Assembly: GCA_050575255.1 (NCBI GenBank)
Contig: JBNZDD010013723.1
Span: 5,706,440 to 5,770,439 of the forward strand
Reading direction: 5' to 3'
Length of the DNA: 64,000 bases
From: Harriotta raleighana
Lineage: Eukaryota
Part shown: positions 21,972 through 34,432 of the stretch, in pieces
Position numbering within the stretch: position 1 is the first letter of the stretch
Layout: the number at the start of each line of letters is the position of its first letter
Made by a program: the position numbers and the translations under genes
The notes under the pieces: model-generated
Seen by the model: the letters and a program-made list of their open reading frames with translations, nothing else
What the model was told of the DNA's origin: nothing
Database searches by the model: none

Positions 21972-23850
21972 GTAAGTGTGTTTTGTTTGTAATAATTCTC
22001 TCTTCAATAAAAGTTAAAGTTCATAAGTGAAACCCAAGGATAGAAAACTAACAAGTGACACTTTTTGTCCCACCCGTGTGTGTGTGTGTGTGTGTGTATT
22101 TGGAGTGTGAAAACAGAGGTCTTGCTGAATGTTTCCCATTTAAACCTCTACCCTGGGACTACCACCTTCTAGATTATTTTCCCTCCACTCCTTGACCAGA
22201 CACCCCTATAGTTGAGAAGACTGGAAGGAGACCTGCTTTACCATAACTGTGACCCATCTCAGGAAGGCCTTTTTCTATGTTGGGTGGCAGGCATCTATTC
22301 AGGTTATAGGTTTGTCTGCCCTCCCATCCCCCCACTCCCCAACACCTGCCCCAGCAGTTCGTAGCTTGGATTGAGGCTGCTTCTCACTGATGTTTCGCCT
22401 ACAAAATATAGTCAATTCACTTTACAGGATTTTCTAGAAGTGCTTTGAGGCATCTTGAAGATGTGATAAAGGCACTGCTGTATATTAATTACAAAGATCA
22501 TTATTATTGGCTCTCCAAGAGACCTACAGAATTATCCAACACTTAACTCTTTCGCACAAAGCTGCATAACTGCATTGACTTTTATACTATAGTATTCTCT
22601 AGGACTACAGTCAGTTCCTGTAAAATATGAGATGTGCATTTGGTCACTCTTTGCTAAGTTTAACAGTGACTGTTTTTAATGTTCTTTGAACAGTCTTCAG
22701 GTGAATGAGCAGTGGAACATAATTGCAGTAATAAAATAATAAGAGGGAAATCAAGTCTTCAACCATCTTGTTTTATAGTTAATCTGCAAATATCTGCTGA
22801 AGAATCAATCCTTTATTTATTATTAAAGGTATGATACTTCAGCAAGCCATTCCTTATTATTGGGTTTTAAATGTTTCCAAACCAGATGCATTGCATCTTC
22901 TGGTTTACGATTCACAAATAATAAAAATAAATTCGAAAGTTGCCAAAAAGATGATTTTTTTTAAACTTTCACCTTCCTGGGATTTTGTTGGACTTTTCTT
23001 AGCTCTCAATACCCTCCTCTTCAACCATATATTTGTTCATCCTCCTCTCCCCCATGCCCCCACTATCCCTGATCCCAACACCCAGCTCGGGTCAAAACCG
23101 CTATTGTCCTGTGCCTTGGGACATCCTCCTGATGTAAAAGGTGCGACACAAATGTAATTTTGTTGTTGTTAGCTGCTTAAAATACTGAAAGTAAACCTTT
23201 GTGCTCTATCTCAACTTGGGATTCGAAGTAGTTTTTTTTGATATTCTCAATAATGTGAAACACAAAGATGAAACTGAAAATTATGCAACAATTTAATCAT
23301 ATCATGTTTTAGATCAGAATATCTAATCCCCCACCATTTATGAGATTCCATCCTGATTTGCTAAACGTATAACTATTTAGCAAATGTAATAACTAATAAC
23401 TAAACGTATAACTATTCTAAAGAGATTTATTCTAAACACATTTTGCAGCCAATGCCTAATAAATTAGTATTTTCCCCTAAATACAATTATTATTTCAGAA
23501 TGGCTCTGAGCAACCATGGATTATAGCATAAATTGTATTTTAATCTAAACTAGTTTTTCATGTTTTTCCTTTTGTTGTTTTCAGTTTTGTTGTGATTGTC
23601 AACTTCAGCACTAAGTGGTGGAAAAATATTGAGCTGTAAAAGAGTTAAGGTTATCAGAGTTTATCAGTTGGCATTGCCTTAACCACTCCTAGTTGGCAGG
23701 GAACAAAGTGATGTTACTAACATCCATCATGTAGCTACACTTTGCCAATTGAGTCTGTGTTCCCCAGCAAGTTATTTATGTAAGAGACTGAATATAAATA
23801 TCCAATAAAAAATCTTAGTGAAAGACTTTAAGTAATTCCCTTGTTTGCAG

Positions 23851-23913
23851 CAAAGCTTGGAGACACAAAGGAACTCGAGGACTTTATTGCTGATTTGGAC
23901 AGAACATTAGAAA
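23851..23913 (+). CDS. RGCC: RGCC coding exon 4
   Basis: 63 nt, AG/GT; (A)KLGDTKELEDFIADLDRTLE, the conserved RGCC/C13orf15 C-terminal motif. Confidence 0.97.
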
Positions 23914-24959
23914 GTGAGTAACATCCTGTTGTTTCTGTGCACTGCACTAATAGTAAATCTATGTACTTTAAACTCAAGATACTTTCAATGTGCTTAGAAA
24001 GACAAGGAATCTCAACAATATTGGGAATAAAACATCTTAAACTTTTCCATTAAGTGGTTGTTGCACTGTCCCATGTATAACAGAATTAAATACCAATTGA
24101 CCAAGTGGCTAAATTCTAATCCTTACTGATTGATATAGTGCTTTCATGTTGGGAGCTTGTCTTAAATTGCTTCACAACACTTCACTGTTAATTTAAGTGT
24201 CCCATGTATTTTGTAGGTGGGTGTAGAATCCAATTTTGTGCACAACAGTGTCCTCTGACAATCCAGCGTTCCTCCATCATTGTCCTGGAGTATCAGCCTA
24301 GCCTTTGAGTTCAAAGTTCTGATTTGGGTCTTGAACCCACAACTTTCTAACAGAGATTCAAGTGCCAGCGATTGAGCGGCTTGACACCTGAATTCTAGCC
24401 TCTGTAATGCACCAAGTCCCTCCGGTTCAATCCCTTTTCTGACCCTCTCAGTGAGATTGACACATTCTGCTACAGCTGAGGACTAGCTGTTGTGTTGACA
24501 GTGAGATGGGTTGTTTATTTCTCGATGACAAGAAGGACAATGTGTGGGAGCGCCCGGCACAGTTAGAAAGCAATGCATTTTGTTCCAGTTTTTCTAAGAT
24601 AGTCAGAATGGGACTAGTTTTATGGATGTGCACCAGCATAATCTGCTTTCCATTTTGAGTTCTTGTGATTCGTTCCTCAAAAGCAAGAATAAACCTTGAA
24701 AAAGTAGCAACAGATCAATGTGTCCTTTTCAAGGCAATGAATAAAGCAAAGAATGGTAACTAGCACAGGACAAACATTGATTACAATGTGTTAATTCATA
24801 ACAGGAAATAATTCTTTATATTGTGAATAAAAGGAGAGTTTAGACGAAATGTGGAGATGTGGAATGCCCTTCAAGTTAAGTGGAAGAAGCAGAGTCCATT
24901 TTGGGCTTCAAGAACATAAGAAGACAAATATCTCTGCCACTACCTTTCCCCTCAGGCCT

Positions 24960-25515
24960 CTGAGACGCTTATTCACACATCTGTCGCATCCAGGTGTCAT
25001 TCTGCCAATGCTCTAATGCTCTGCTTGCCGGACAACCTAGCTCTTCCCTACATAAACTGCAGACTATACAGAACTCTGCAGCCCTTGCCCTTTCCTTCAG
25101 CAAGCTCCATCACCGCCATCCTCAATCGGATTGTGTTCAAGATCCTCATCCCCACCATTAAACCTCTCCATGATCTCCTCCATCTACTTCTGCGAAGCTA
25201 CCATCCTAAGCATTCTCTTGATTCAGCGAACACTGGCCTTATTGACCTCAGATTTATTCAAGGCTCTAGTATCAAGCCTACTTCAGGTCTCCCTCCCTAT
25301 ATTCCCCACCATCATTTGTGCCCCACTCTTTGGAAATTCATCCCCAAGTCCCTCCAACTTGCCTCACTTTGTTCAAGCTCCATCTCAAGACCATCTCTTG
25401 GACCATACTTTTGGGCACTTTTCCTCTTTCCATCTCCCTCAGCTCCCATCCCCAGCTCCTGTGCCCAGCCAGTACTGGTAACCACTTGCCCTTCCAACAT
25501 GAAAGGCTTTATGTA
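24960..25515 (+). mobile_element. L2 LINE 3' fragment, decayed
   Basis: RIVFKILI...KPLHDL...LWKFIPKSL plus an L2-type terminus. Confidence 0.6.
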
Positions 25516-25532
25516 AATTTATATTCCACTGT

Positions 25533-25990
25533 AATAATAATAATGATGCATTTGATATAGTGCCTTATCACATCTAGAAGATTGAAAAGCACTATATCAA
25601 ATGCAAAGATTATTATATTATCATGTTGTTTAGATATCTCAAAGCACTTCACAGAATATACCATAAAATATATAAACTGTATTTGAGGGTAAAACATGCC
25701 AGCCAATTGTGCACAGCAGTGTCCCACAAACAGCCGGGGATTAAGTAACCAATTTTTACATTTTATTTTATTTTTGGAGGAATTATTACCTCCTGGAAAG
25801 CGAACTGCCAATCAACTAACAACCAGGTTCCTTCTTACTGCTAGGTAAACAGAGGGTTGTGAAGCAAGGAAACTTGACTAAGGTTTCACCCTGCCCAGGA
25901 ATTGAACCCAGGTCATCTCAGTTGAATATAATAATAATAATCCTTGCATTTGATATTGTGCTTTTTCATATCTTCTAGACGTCTCAATAT
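25533..25990 (-). mobile_element. Cluster of SINE pieces including a long-form copy (~25620-25920)
   Basis: Long-form segment ttacctcctggaaagcgaactgccaatcaactaacaaccaggttccttcttactgctaggtaaacagagg, flanked by tail fragments in both orientations. Confidence 0.8.
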
Positions 25991-26991
25991 GTGACGAATA
26001 GAAGCTTGAAGGGCTATGGGGATAATGTGGGTTAGTGTGGTTGAATGAATAACTGCAAACTTGATGGGTCATTCCGCACTGTAAATTTCTGTGATTGTAT
26101 ATTTCTAGTAGTGGCACCACAAAACTTGAATCTGATGTTCACAGTACTCCCCACTTAAAAACTCTATGAATCCAGACCTCTCTCTGGCTGTATGAACCCA
26201 TTATAGCTATTTACTCATGCCTATGAAATCATCTTATTAACTATACACATGTAGCATATTCACTTAGTGCATGGATGCACCTAATGCAAATGAGTACAGG
26301 CAATGCACTGGGATGAACAGTCAAGTTGGTTGTAGCCAAATCTGCAAGTAACAGAACAGCAGCAATGCACTATTCGACAAGTCAAAGAGTCAAACTGACG
26401 TTGTAATCTTTTGTAGGCATTAGGAATATACTTTTTGAACAAGAACTTGCATTTATACTGTATAATCTTTTGCACAAAATATAAAATGTCTCAAAGCACT
26501 TTACAAAATAAAAGTGAATGATATTATGTAAGCAAATGCTGCAACTAATCTGCACAGGGGCATTGTTTTTAAAGAATGAGATGAGTAGTCAATTAATTAG
26601 AATTTGGGAATAATTTAGATGACGAAGGAATAGAAACCGTAGAAAACTCATATGTTTCTGTGAAATGGTGAAAAGAGAGAGGGGAGGTCCCTTTATATCC
26701 ACCTGAATTTCAAGACAGACTTGAGTCAAATCAATGTCAAAAAAGGGTAATGGAAATTTATATTTGATGTAGAATATTATGCATACAGATAAAAAGTAGC
26801 TCATAGTTTCTTTCTCCTGTGTCAGTAAATGTCGCTATGCTAAAGGGCCGTTTGATTGGTGCTTGCTTACACAATTTTGTAATGGTCCTGTGAACGTAAT
26901 TTAACAAGCAGGTTGTTGCTAAATATGTCATTGTAACTCAAGTAACTCATCCAGAGACTAACTATGTTACATGCATCACATTTCTCCGCAG

Positions 26992-26999
26992 GTATGTGA
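26992..26999 (+). CDS. RGCC: RGCC last exon, coding part (S-M-stop)
   Basis: tttctccgcag|GT ATG TGA completes ...RTLESM*; total CDS 357 nt. Confidence 0.85.
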
Positions 27000-27590
27000 A
27001 AAGAAGGAGCCAGGGTCTTGGTATCATTCAATCATGTGAGGAATGTATGCAGACAGCCACCAAGAGTAAAGCGTTACTTCAACTGTCTTGAGATTTATCC
27101 TCTACATCACGGAGAAGAATTTGTTGACAGTGTTTGCACACAAATGCTTTCATACACATAGACTACAGCCAGATTTCAGAATCAGCAGCTACACTTCTAA
27201 GCAAGCTACAGAAAAAAAACATACTCAGCCATTTTAATAAACCCCCCTGCTGTAGTTCTCCTAAAACGAGGTTGGGAATAATTTAATTTTGCAAAAAGGA
27301 AATATTAATCATTTTATAGAGTTGGAAATTATGAATTGTGGTCAGAGACAGATCGTTTCAGATTGAAATATATTTTTGTAAGTTTTAATATACATTTATA
27401 GGATTCCAAAATCCCCCCAACATAAATTTCATAAAACAACTTTCGTTAAAACCACGCAATGCCATATAAAGCATAAAGTGCTGAAGAATAAAATGTATTT
27501 AGTTTGCCTTTCTTCATCATGTTGCTCTTTATGGTAATAATTTCATGTAATTAATGTTAAATAAACTTATATTTTGTTTTATGAAAAGTT
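27000..27590 (+). other. RGCC: RGCC 3' UTR with AATAAA signals at 27236, 27487 and 27560
   Basis: AU-rich, repeat-free sequence after the stop; three canonical hexamers. Confidence 0.6.
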
Positions 27591-27859
27591 TGTTCACTTC
27601 TTCCAGCAGTTTCCAGTTTCAACTGGAATCTTTGCTGAAAAGATTCCTTATCAGGTTTGAGATGTATGGGCAGCTATTAATGTGTGTGGAATGTATGGGA
27701 TTCCTGCAGTGTTGAAAAGCTCAATGAAATGTCAATACTGTTACTGTTAGCATCCAGAATTCTTTACAGATCACATTTAGTATCCTTTCCCTGACAGTCA
27801 GATGGTGCATATTTATAGGATTCCCCACACAGTCATAACTGAGTTTGCCTTGCTTCTTA

Positions 27860-28110
27860 GGTGTCAGCTGGGTGTAATTGGAAGCACTCTCGTCTCTAAG
27901 TGAGTCAGACGTTGTGAGGTTCAATGCCCGTATAGAGAGACTTTGAACTCGCAGTCTAGACTCTGAGTCTAGATTGACACTCCAATGCAGTGCTGCATTG
28001 TCAGATGAGCTGTCGGTCATACACTGAGACTACACTGAGGTGCTTTCTGCTGTTCAGGTGGATATTAAAAGTCGCTACTCAAAAGTTTCACATGGTGTCC
28101 TGGCCAAGAA
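27860..28110 (+). mobile_element. Ancient DeuSINE (SacSINE1-like) fragment
   Basis: tRNA-like head (actctcgtctctaagtgagtcagacgttgtgaggttcaatgccc) then ctagattgacactccaatgcagtgctg...gttcaggtggatattaaaa. Confidence 0.65.
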
Positions 28111-31100
28111 GGCTATTTGTGGAATTTCCCTCTGCACAAATTATCTCCTGTGTTTGCCAACAAAAATACCATCTTTCACAGTAAAACCTGTAAAGCTCTT
28201 TGAGGTGACTTGCCATCATGATAAGGCACCTATGTGAAATACAAAGTATTATTATGCTGAATGGCCAGAGAAGTCCTGTTTATATAGGACTGAGAAATTA
28301 TTTGAATACCCACTATTATAGGTACTGGGGCATGAATATTTTCATGTTTTATGAAATGACCTACATGTGAAGCACTTTTAAGATGTCTGCCCAATCTGAA
28401 AGGCTCTAAAAGCAAGTTGTTTTTATTTTTAGTTGATTCACAAAATATGTTATAAGCAGAGACTGAAAAATACAATGAATTGCCTTCAGGAATATGTTAA
28501 ATGCTGCTTATTGAACAGGCTGTTGGGAGATGTATGAAGGTGGAGCTATATAGATTAATTTGCTCTCTGCTGACATAACAGAGAGTAGAAACTCCCTGGG
28601 TATAATGTTGAGATTTGTTAACCATTCTTGCCTATCATAAACCAAAGAAACACCACTCTGTCAAAACAATGGAAATCTATCTGTTGGTCGAAATATTTTG
28701 TTTCTTTAATTTGGCGGCGTCTCTTTCAACAGCTATTAATTATTGCAACATGCTGGGCTGCTGTTGCTGCTGTGGAAATTGTCCTGCTATACACTGTGGA
28801 CTAGATTCTACAGCATTTGCCATAATACAGAAAGCACATTGATATTGGCAGCTTGAAAATTATAATACAGTAGATAGGTCCTGGGCAGATAACTTAAAGA
28901 GAAAATACAACTTGTGCAACAAGTTACTGTGGTTAAACTAAAAGACCATGAAATGATACTTTTTTTTCCCATCCTCTTGATGTGTATAAATGTGAATTAC
29001 TGTTGTTCTATGGAATACTTTGGCCCTGATATTCTACATAACAAGTGCATGGTATTAACAATATCCACATCGCAATAGAGCTATATTTGTAGATTCCAAA
29101 GACTATGTACTGTAGCCTAGCTGAGAAAATAGTCTGGTGACCAATTCCCAAGCCTCACCCGATGATGCTTTGTCACCACTGAAATGCTCGCAGACTTAGC
29201 CCGAGTAAGCCTCATTTTCACTGCTTCTCGAAGTGCTTGACTTCCACTGAGTTCATTGTGTGGGGCACAAACAGACTTCTTACCCTCCAGGCACACTACT
29301 CTACTCATAAACGGTGAGAAATTCTATATGAGCTGCTATTCATTCATTCATTCATTCATTCCTTGAAAACCTTTGTTTACAGAAATATTCTCTGAGCTTC
29401 TCACTAATTACTTGTGAAGTGTTTGGGAAAGTTTGAACATAGGATGCATTTCATGACCATCTAATTGCAGCTCCACCAATGTTTATCGTTAAGTCTTGAC
29501 ACTTAGAAGGGAAAAGTTCTGTAATGTAGGATTTAATTTAATTTTAATTACATTTTGGAATTTGTGTGCGTTGCTGAGCTGCTTCCTCAGATTCAAAAAA
29601 TGAAGGAAGGCAGGTGAAGGTGGCAGTCGATGTACACATCAGAATGTCCACAAAAAGCCATTTCTTTTTGCCAGATTGTTGGCGAGGCTATAACAACAAC
29701 AGATTTTTTACATTCTACCGGTCTCTTATCCTTTCCGAATAGTGTCATGGGATCTTTGACATCCGTATAGAAAAGAGGGGAAAAACAGGCAGACAGGGGT
29801 AAAACATTGAATTGTCTCAATTTAAGGATCTCAACCATGGTGTCAGACTGTAAACCACATCAGAACTATAAATAATAGTAATGCTTGAATTTGATATAGT
29901 GCCTTATCGAGTCATTGAAATGTCTCAAAGTGGGGTGATTTTATAACTAGTAATATAAAGGGGGAATTATATGGATGTGCCATTCAGAATCGTATGCTTC
30001 CCCCTCCCCCATCAAACCCACACATTTCTCTTCAAGTGCTGACTAATCTTCTGTGCATTTTGAATGTTCACGTCACATTAAGCAGTCTGACTGCTCTTGC
30101 AAAGCATTCATAACAAGCTACAATATCAATTTGGGCAAGAGATTCAAATATTTTACATTTCTAAAATATTGTTAAAGAAATCACTGAGGATATGTGAAAC
30201 TATACATAACAATGCCCTCGGCTATGGGCAGCAACTCAATTAGACACAATTGTAGGTAATAGAGGACAAAGGCAGGTTTACCATTGACAATGGGTTATGA
30301 GGACAGCCAGTCAATCCGAATTGCTACAAGCACTGTTGCATCCGGGGAAATTAGGGAACTAGAGGCCTGAAATGTCATCTAGTTTTTACCTGTAAAAACC
30401 ATGTTGTCTGACAATTCAAGATCCTGTAGAAGTTTGGAAAAAATCATGAAATCAAGTCTCGATTTAGAAACTGGTTTACCAGTTCTTAAAAGGAACTTTT
30501 GCCAATTTACAGGCTTATAGGCTACAACCAGATGAAATTGCACTGGCTCTCCTTTTGTCCACAATTCCACCTTCCATTTGAAGGAATGAAATATGCCATC
30601 CCACAAGCAAACAAGCAAACGCTTTGATAAGTGAAGCATACTGCCTACCCTCCGCTCTCTTGTCTTCCTTCTCCCACCACCAGCTCCACCCCTTACTCAT
30701 TGCTCACTGCTATTCTCCCTCATATGGTTCTGTAAGACCTGAAACCTTTGCCTTCTAGTTTAGACTAGAGAATGTGGGTGACTATAATGTTGAGCTATGC
30801 AAGTCGGATGTTTAAGTGATGTGTGCAAGTCGGATGTTTAAGTAACATGTCGGACTTGGTGTTCATGCTAAGGCTATGTGCTTCCAATGCAGCTCCACAC
30901 TACTCCAATCTCACACTGAGGTGGGGCTGAAGCATTTCAGATTGGGAGTTTGAAAGTGATAAATCTAGGATATTGTCAAATAGGAATACATTACACCTGA
31001 AACACAGGAGCTCTTGCAAACATGTTTTTCTCCCTCACTGGCCCAAATGAAGTCTGATTCACTCTCTTCACGGTAGGATGGAATAGCTGGCACCAGGAGC

Positions 31101-33615
31101 CAAATTTAATATTGGAAATAATGAGTAAATAAGATTTACAAAACACCAATGTTTTATACTGTTTCTCCTGCTCAGTTTTTCTCCCCCAAATAATGAATTT
31201 GTTGATGTGGACTAAGTGCTACTTCTGCTTTGTTTGATAAACGTTTGAGATTTTGTTCCTGTGCAGTTGGAAATAATTTTTATATGATTTTAAAATCCAA
31301 ATAACACATCAACTAAGTAACAGTACATTAGGCTCTTAATGTTACATTAGTTATTTCTCTGCACAAAGTGACAAATTGACAAGCTGCACCTCACAGCAAA
31401 ATAGCAGTTCACGCAGATCAATGAATTTCCCATCTGCAGCAAGATAACCCTCTATTATGTTATTTATTAGACATAGGAGTGTTCAAGGAGCTGGGAATTG
31501 AGGCAGGACTTAAACACAATGAGAAGGGGCATTTCATATAGCGAGTTATCATTTCATTGAAACATCTTGTAACTGGTAGAATTAGAGAGGATGGTGTTTG
31601 AGAAGTCGAGTCAGGAACCAATAAAGTTATGAATGAGTCTTGATGATATTTTGTATGAGATAGAGACAGTGGTAGGCAATGTGGTAAAGATGAAGAAAAG
31701 CAGTTGTGGTCAGGGAATAAGCATCTTTGTTACTTCCCCAGTCGACTACTAAACACGCCTCTCAATGCTTGCCCAAATAAGACAATCCTACCCTTTAGGG
31801 CTTGTTGTTAATAGTGTGGTAGCTAATGGGTGATGCAAATTTAGCAATTCCTAAATTACTGAAAAGGAATTCCTGTACTAGGATATGCAGGAGGCAGCCT
31901 CACTCCTCTCCAGATAGTGTTTGGAATACCAATGTACATCTCCACTCTGTAGGTCACTCAGTTGACTGCTGGTTAATGGGATTGTAGTTTTACTTCAAGT
32001 TTTGTTTAGAATAGTATAAAACTAACCAGCAAGTAGATGATGACATTCCTGCACTGAGTTACTGCCAGGAGTCACAAAATGTGCCTCTGAATCTATACAA
32101 ATGATACCCGTTGTGAGTCTATGCAGATCACTCCATGTTAATAATTTTATAGAAGTACCTAATGCCTATTTCAATACACTTTCAGACATAGAAATTTTTA
32201 GTTGAGTTCAGTGAAAATTCATCAAACTTTCCATGTCGCACTAAGATTTCTGGCATTAGAATCTTTTCTATTCGGCTTCTCTACTTAGCAGAAACGCCCT
32301 CGCAGGAGTTGTGTTTATTTAACAAACTGATGCAATGATGCCAATGATGGAATAAAATGAAAACAGCAGCACTAACTCATCGATGACCACGAGGGATTGA
32401 ATCAGGAGCTGATGCCTGTACAGTTAGAGCATTGACATCGTTTTAGACATCAGTAAAGTTAAGCACCTTACTGTACTGGAGAAATCGGAGAAACACATTC
32501 CCAATCCCAAATCTTATAGAGCATGAATGTAATGGCACAAGAACATCTGTGAAAGATCTTTATGCGAAGAATTGCACTTTGCCATGCCAAGTGGCTTTCT
32601 ACCTTTCCAATTCCGCCAAATCACAGCCAGATGTAAATTACGGCACGACAGGAGATCTGAAAAATGGAACAGTGTGCAAAAACACTGCCAACCTCTCAAT
32701 GGTGTAACAAAGAGTTGATGCCAGAAAGTGCATGAAAGGTTTATTCTGCTGTGCCACGTGTCTCTGATATCACACCTTGTGCACAGTGTTTCAGTGACTG
32801 CTGACAGCAGCCATTTTTGGAGTGGGAGCGGTAGGGAGCTTGTATTCTGACAGTGATCCAACAGTGTGCTAATGATACTGCATCAGACATGTATTAAACC
32901 TTCACTGAGCTTGTAACTCATGGTCAAGGTTTAACTTACATTTGGTTGGTACGTTCTTCCGACATGTTAGGCACTATACTAATGCAATTTGTTGTTGTTG
33001 TAGTTTCATGTCGCAGAAAGGTCTCAAAGTGCTTTATTGAGATTAATTAGAAATGAAAGAAATGTTGTTGCCCCCTCCCAAATTCAACAGTTAATTTGCA
33101 CAAGTAACATCCCAGAAACAACTATGAAATAAGCAGCCATTTGATCAGAATTTCTGGGGTGAATTTGTATGAGATACAGACAAAAGATAATCCAGATGAA
33201 AACTTTTCTTTTCTTTGAGACAGTGGTAAACCTACATCCATTTGAGCAGGTGTTAGTGCTTAAACTGGAAAAGATTTCATCCTATACTGCATGCTACGAA
33301 CACCACCGAACACAAAAGTGTGTAAAACCTCAATTGTTAACAGGTTCATTTGATTCATCCATTAAACACAGTTTGAAATTGATCAACATTTTGTTTTTTT
33401 CATTAACATCTCTTCCGAGACTCCATCCAGCGTGAAGGGTGATCTAAATTCAAGTTCTTGTTGTTTCAGTCCAATTTTCTCCCCTTCCGCCCTAAAAGGA
33501 CTGACACAAGCTGGAGAGGGTGGGGTGTACCCAACATTGATGTCTTCAGGACGTGGTGTGACTGCAGAGATATGTACAGGTGAGCGACATCAGCACCGAA
33601 GCTAATCTTGTTTTT

Positions 33616-33853
33616 ATAATAATAATCCTTGCATTTGATATAGCGCTTTTCACATCTTCCAGACGTCTCAAAGCGCTTCACAGTATCTACTGTAAAGTGA
33701 ATTGACTGTATATTTGTTGGCGATACACGGCAGCCAATTGCGCACAGCGGTGTCCCACAAACAGTCATGGATTGAAATGACCAATTTATTCTTGTTTTTT
33801 GAGGGATTATTATTAGGCATGTGGAGTAAGGAAACTTGCCCAAGGTTTTGCCC
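33616..33853 (-). mobile_element. SINE short form, 5'-truncated
   Basis: High identity to young copies. Confidence 0.88.
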
Positions 33854-34231
33854 CAGTTGTTGTTTCAGATTTCCAGCATCCGCAGTATTTTGGTTTTATT
33901 AATTATTTGTTGCTGTGTTCAATTGCCATTTTATGTAAGTCAGTGGAGCTAATTGATTTCCCACGTCGTATTGAGAGACTGGGCAGTGTGAGGAGTTGGC
34001 AACTACCAAAAGTGTGTGAGTGCCTCTTTAAGAAAGCTTCAGGAAAGACGAGGGGTAGTCACCTTCCCACAATCTCCATGTACACGGTCAGGGGACTAGA
34101 ATATATTTACCAAAAATAATTCAGGTTTATCCATTGCTAAATCCAATATCTACGCGTGCATTCTTTCCAGCAGCAATCACTGGACAGGAGCGGGAACTCT
34201 GGCTGATTCCCAGAGGTATGAGGTCCATGCA

Positions 34232-34432
34232 GTAATCCCTCAAAAAAACAATAATAAATTGGTCATTTGAATCCACGACTGTTTGTGGGATACTGCTATG
34301 CGGAATTGGCTGCTGCATTTCCCCCACATGTATACAGTCAATTCACTTTACAGTACATTCTGTGAAGCGCTTTGAGATGTCTACAAGATGTGAAAAGTGC
34401 TATATCAAATGTTAGGATTCTCATTATTATTA
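34232..34432 (+). mobile_element. SINE 3' half
   Basis: Deu-like body and tail. Confidence 0.82.

Noticed and set aside
30798-30843. 20-bp direct repeat tgcaagtcggatgtttaagt x2
   Set aside because: Simple local duplication with no further structure or other copies noticed
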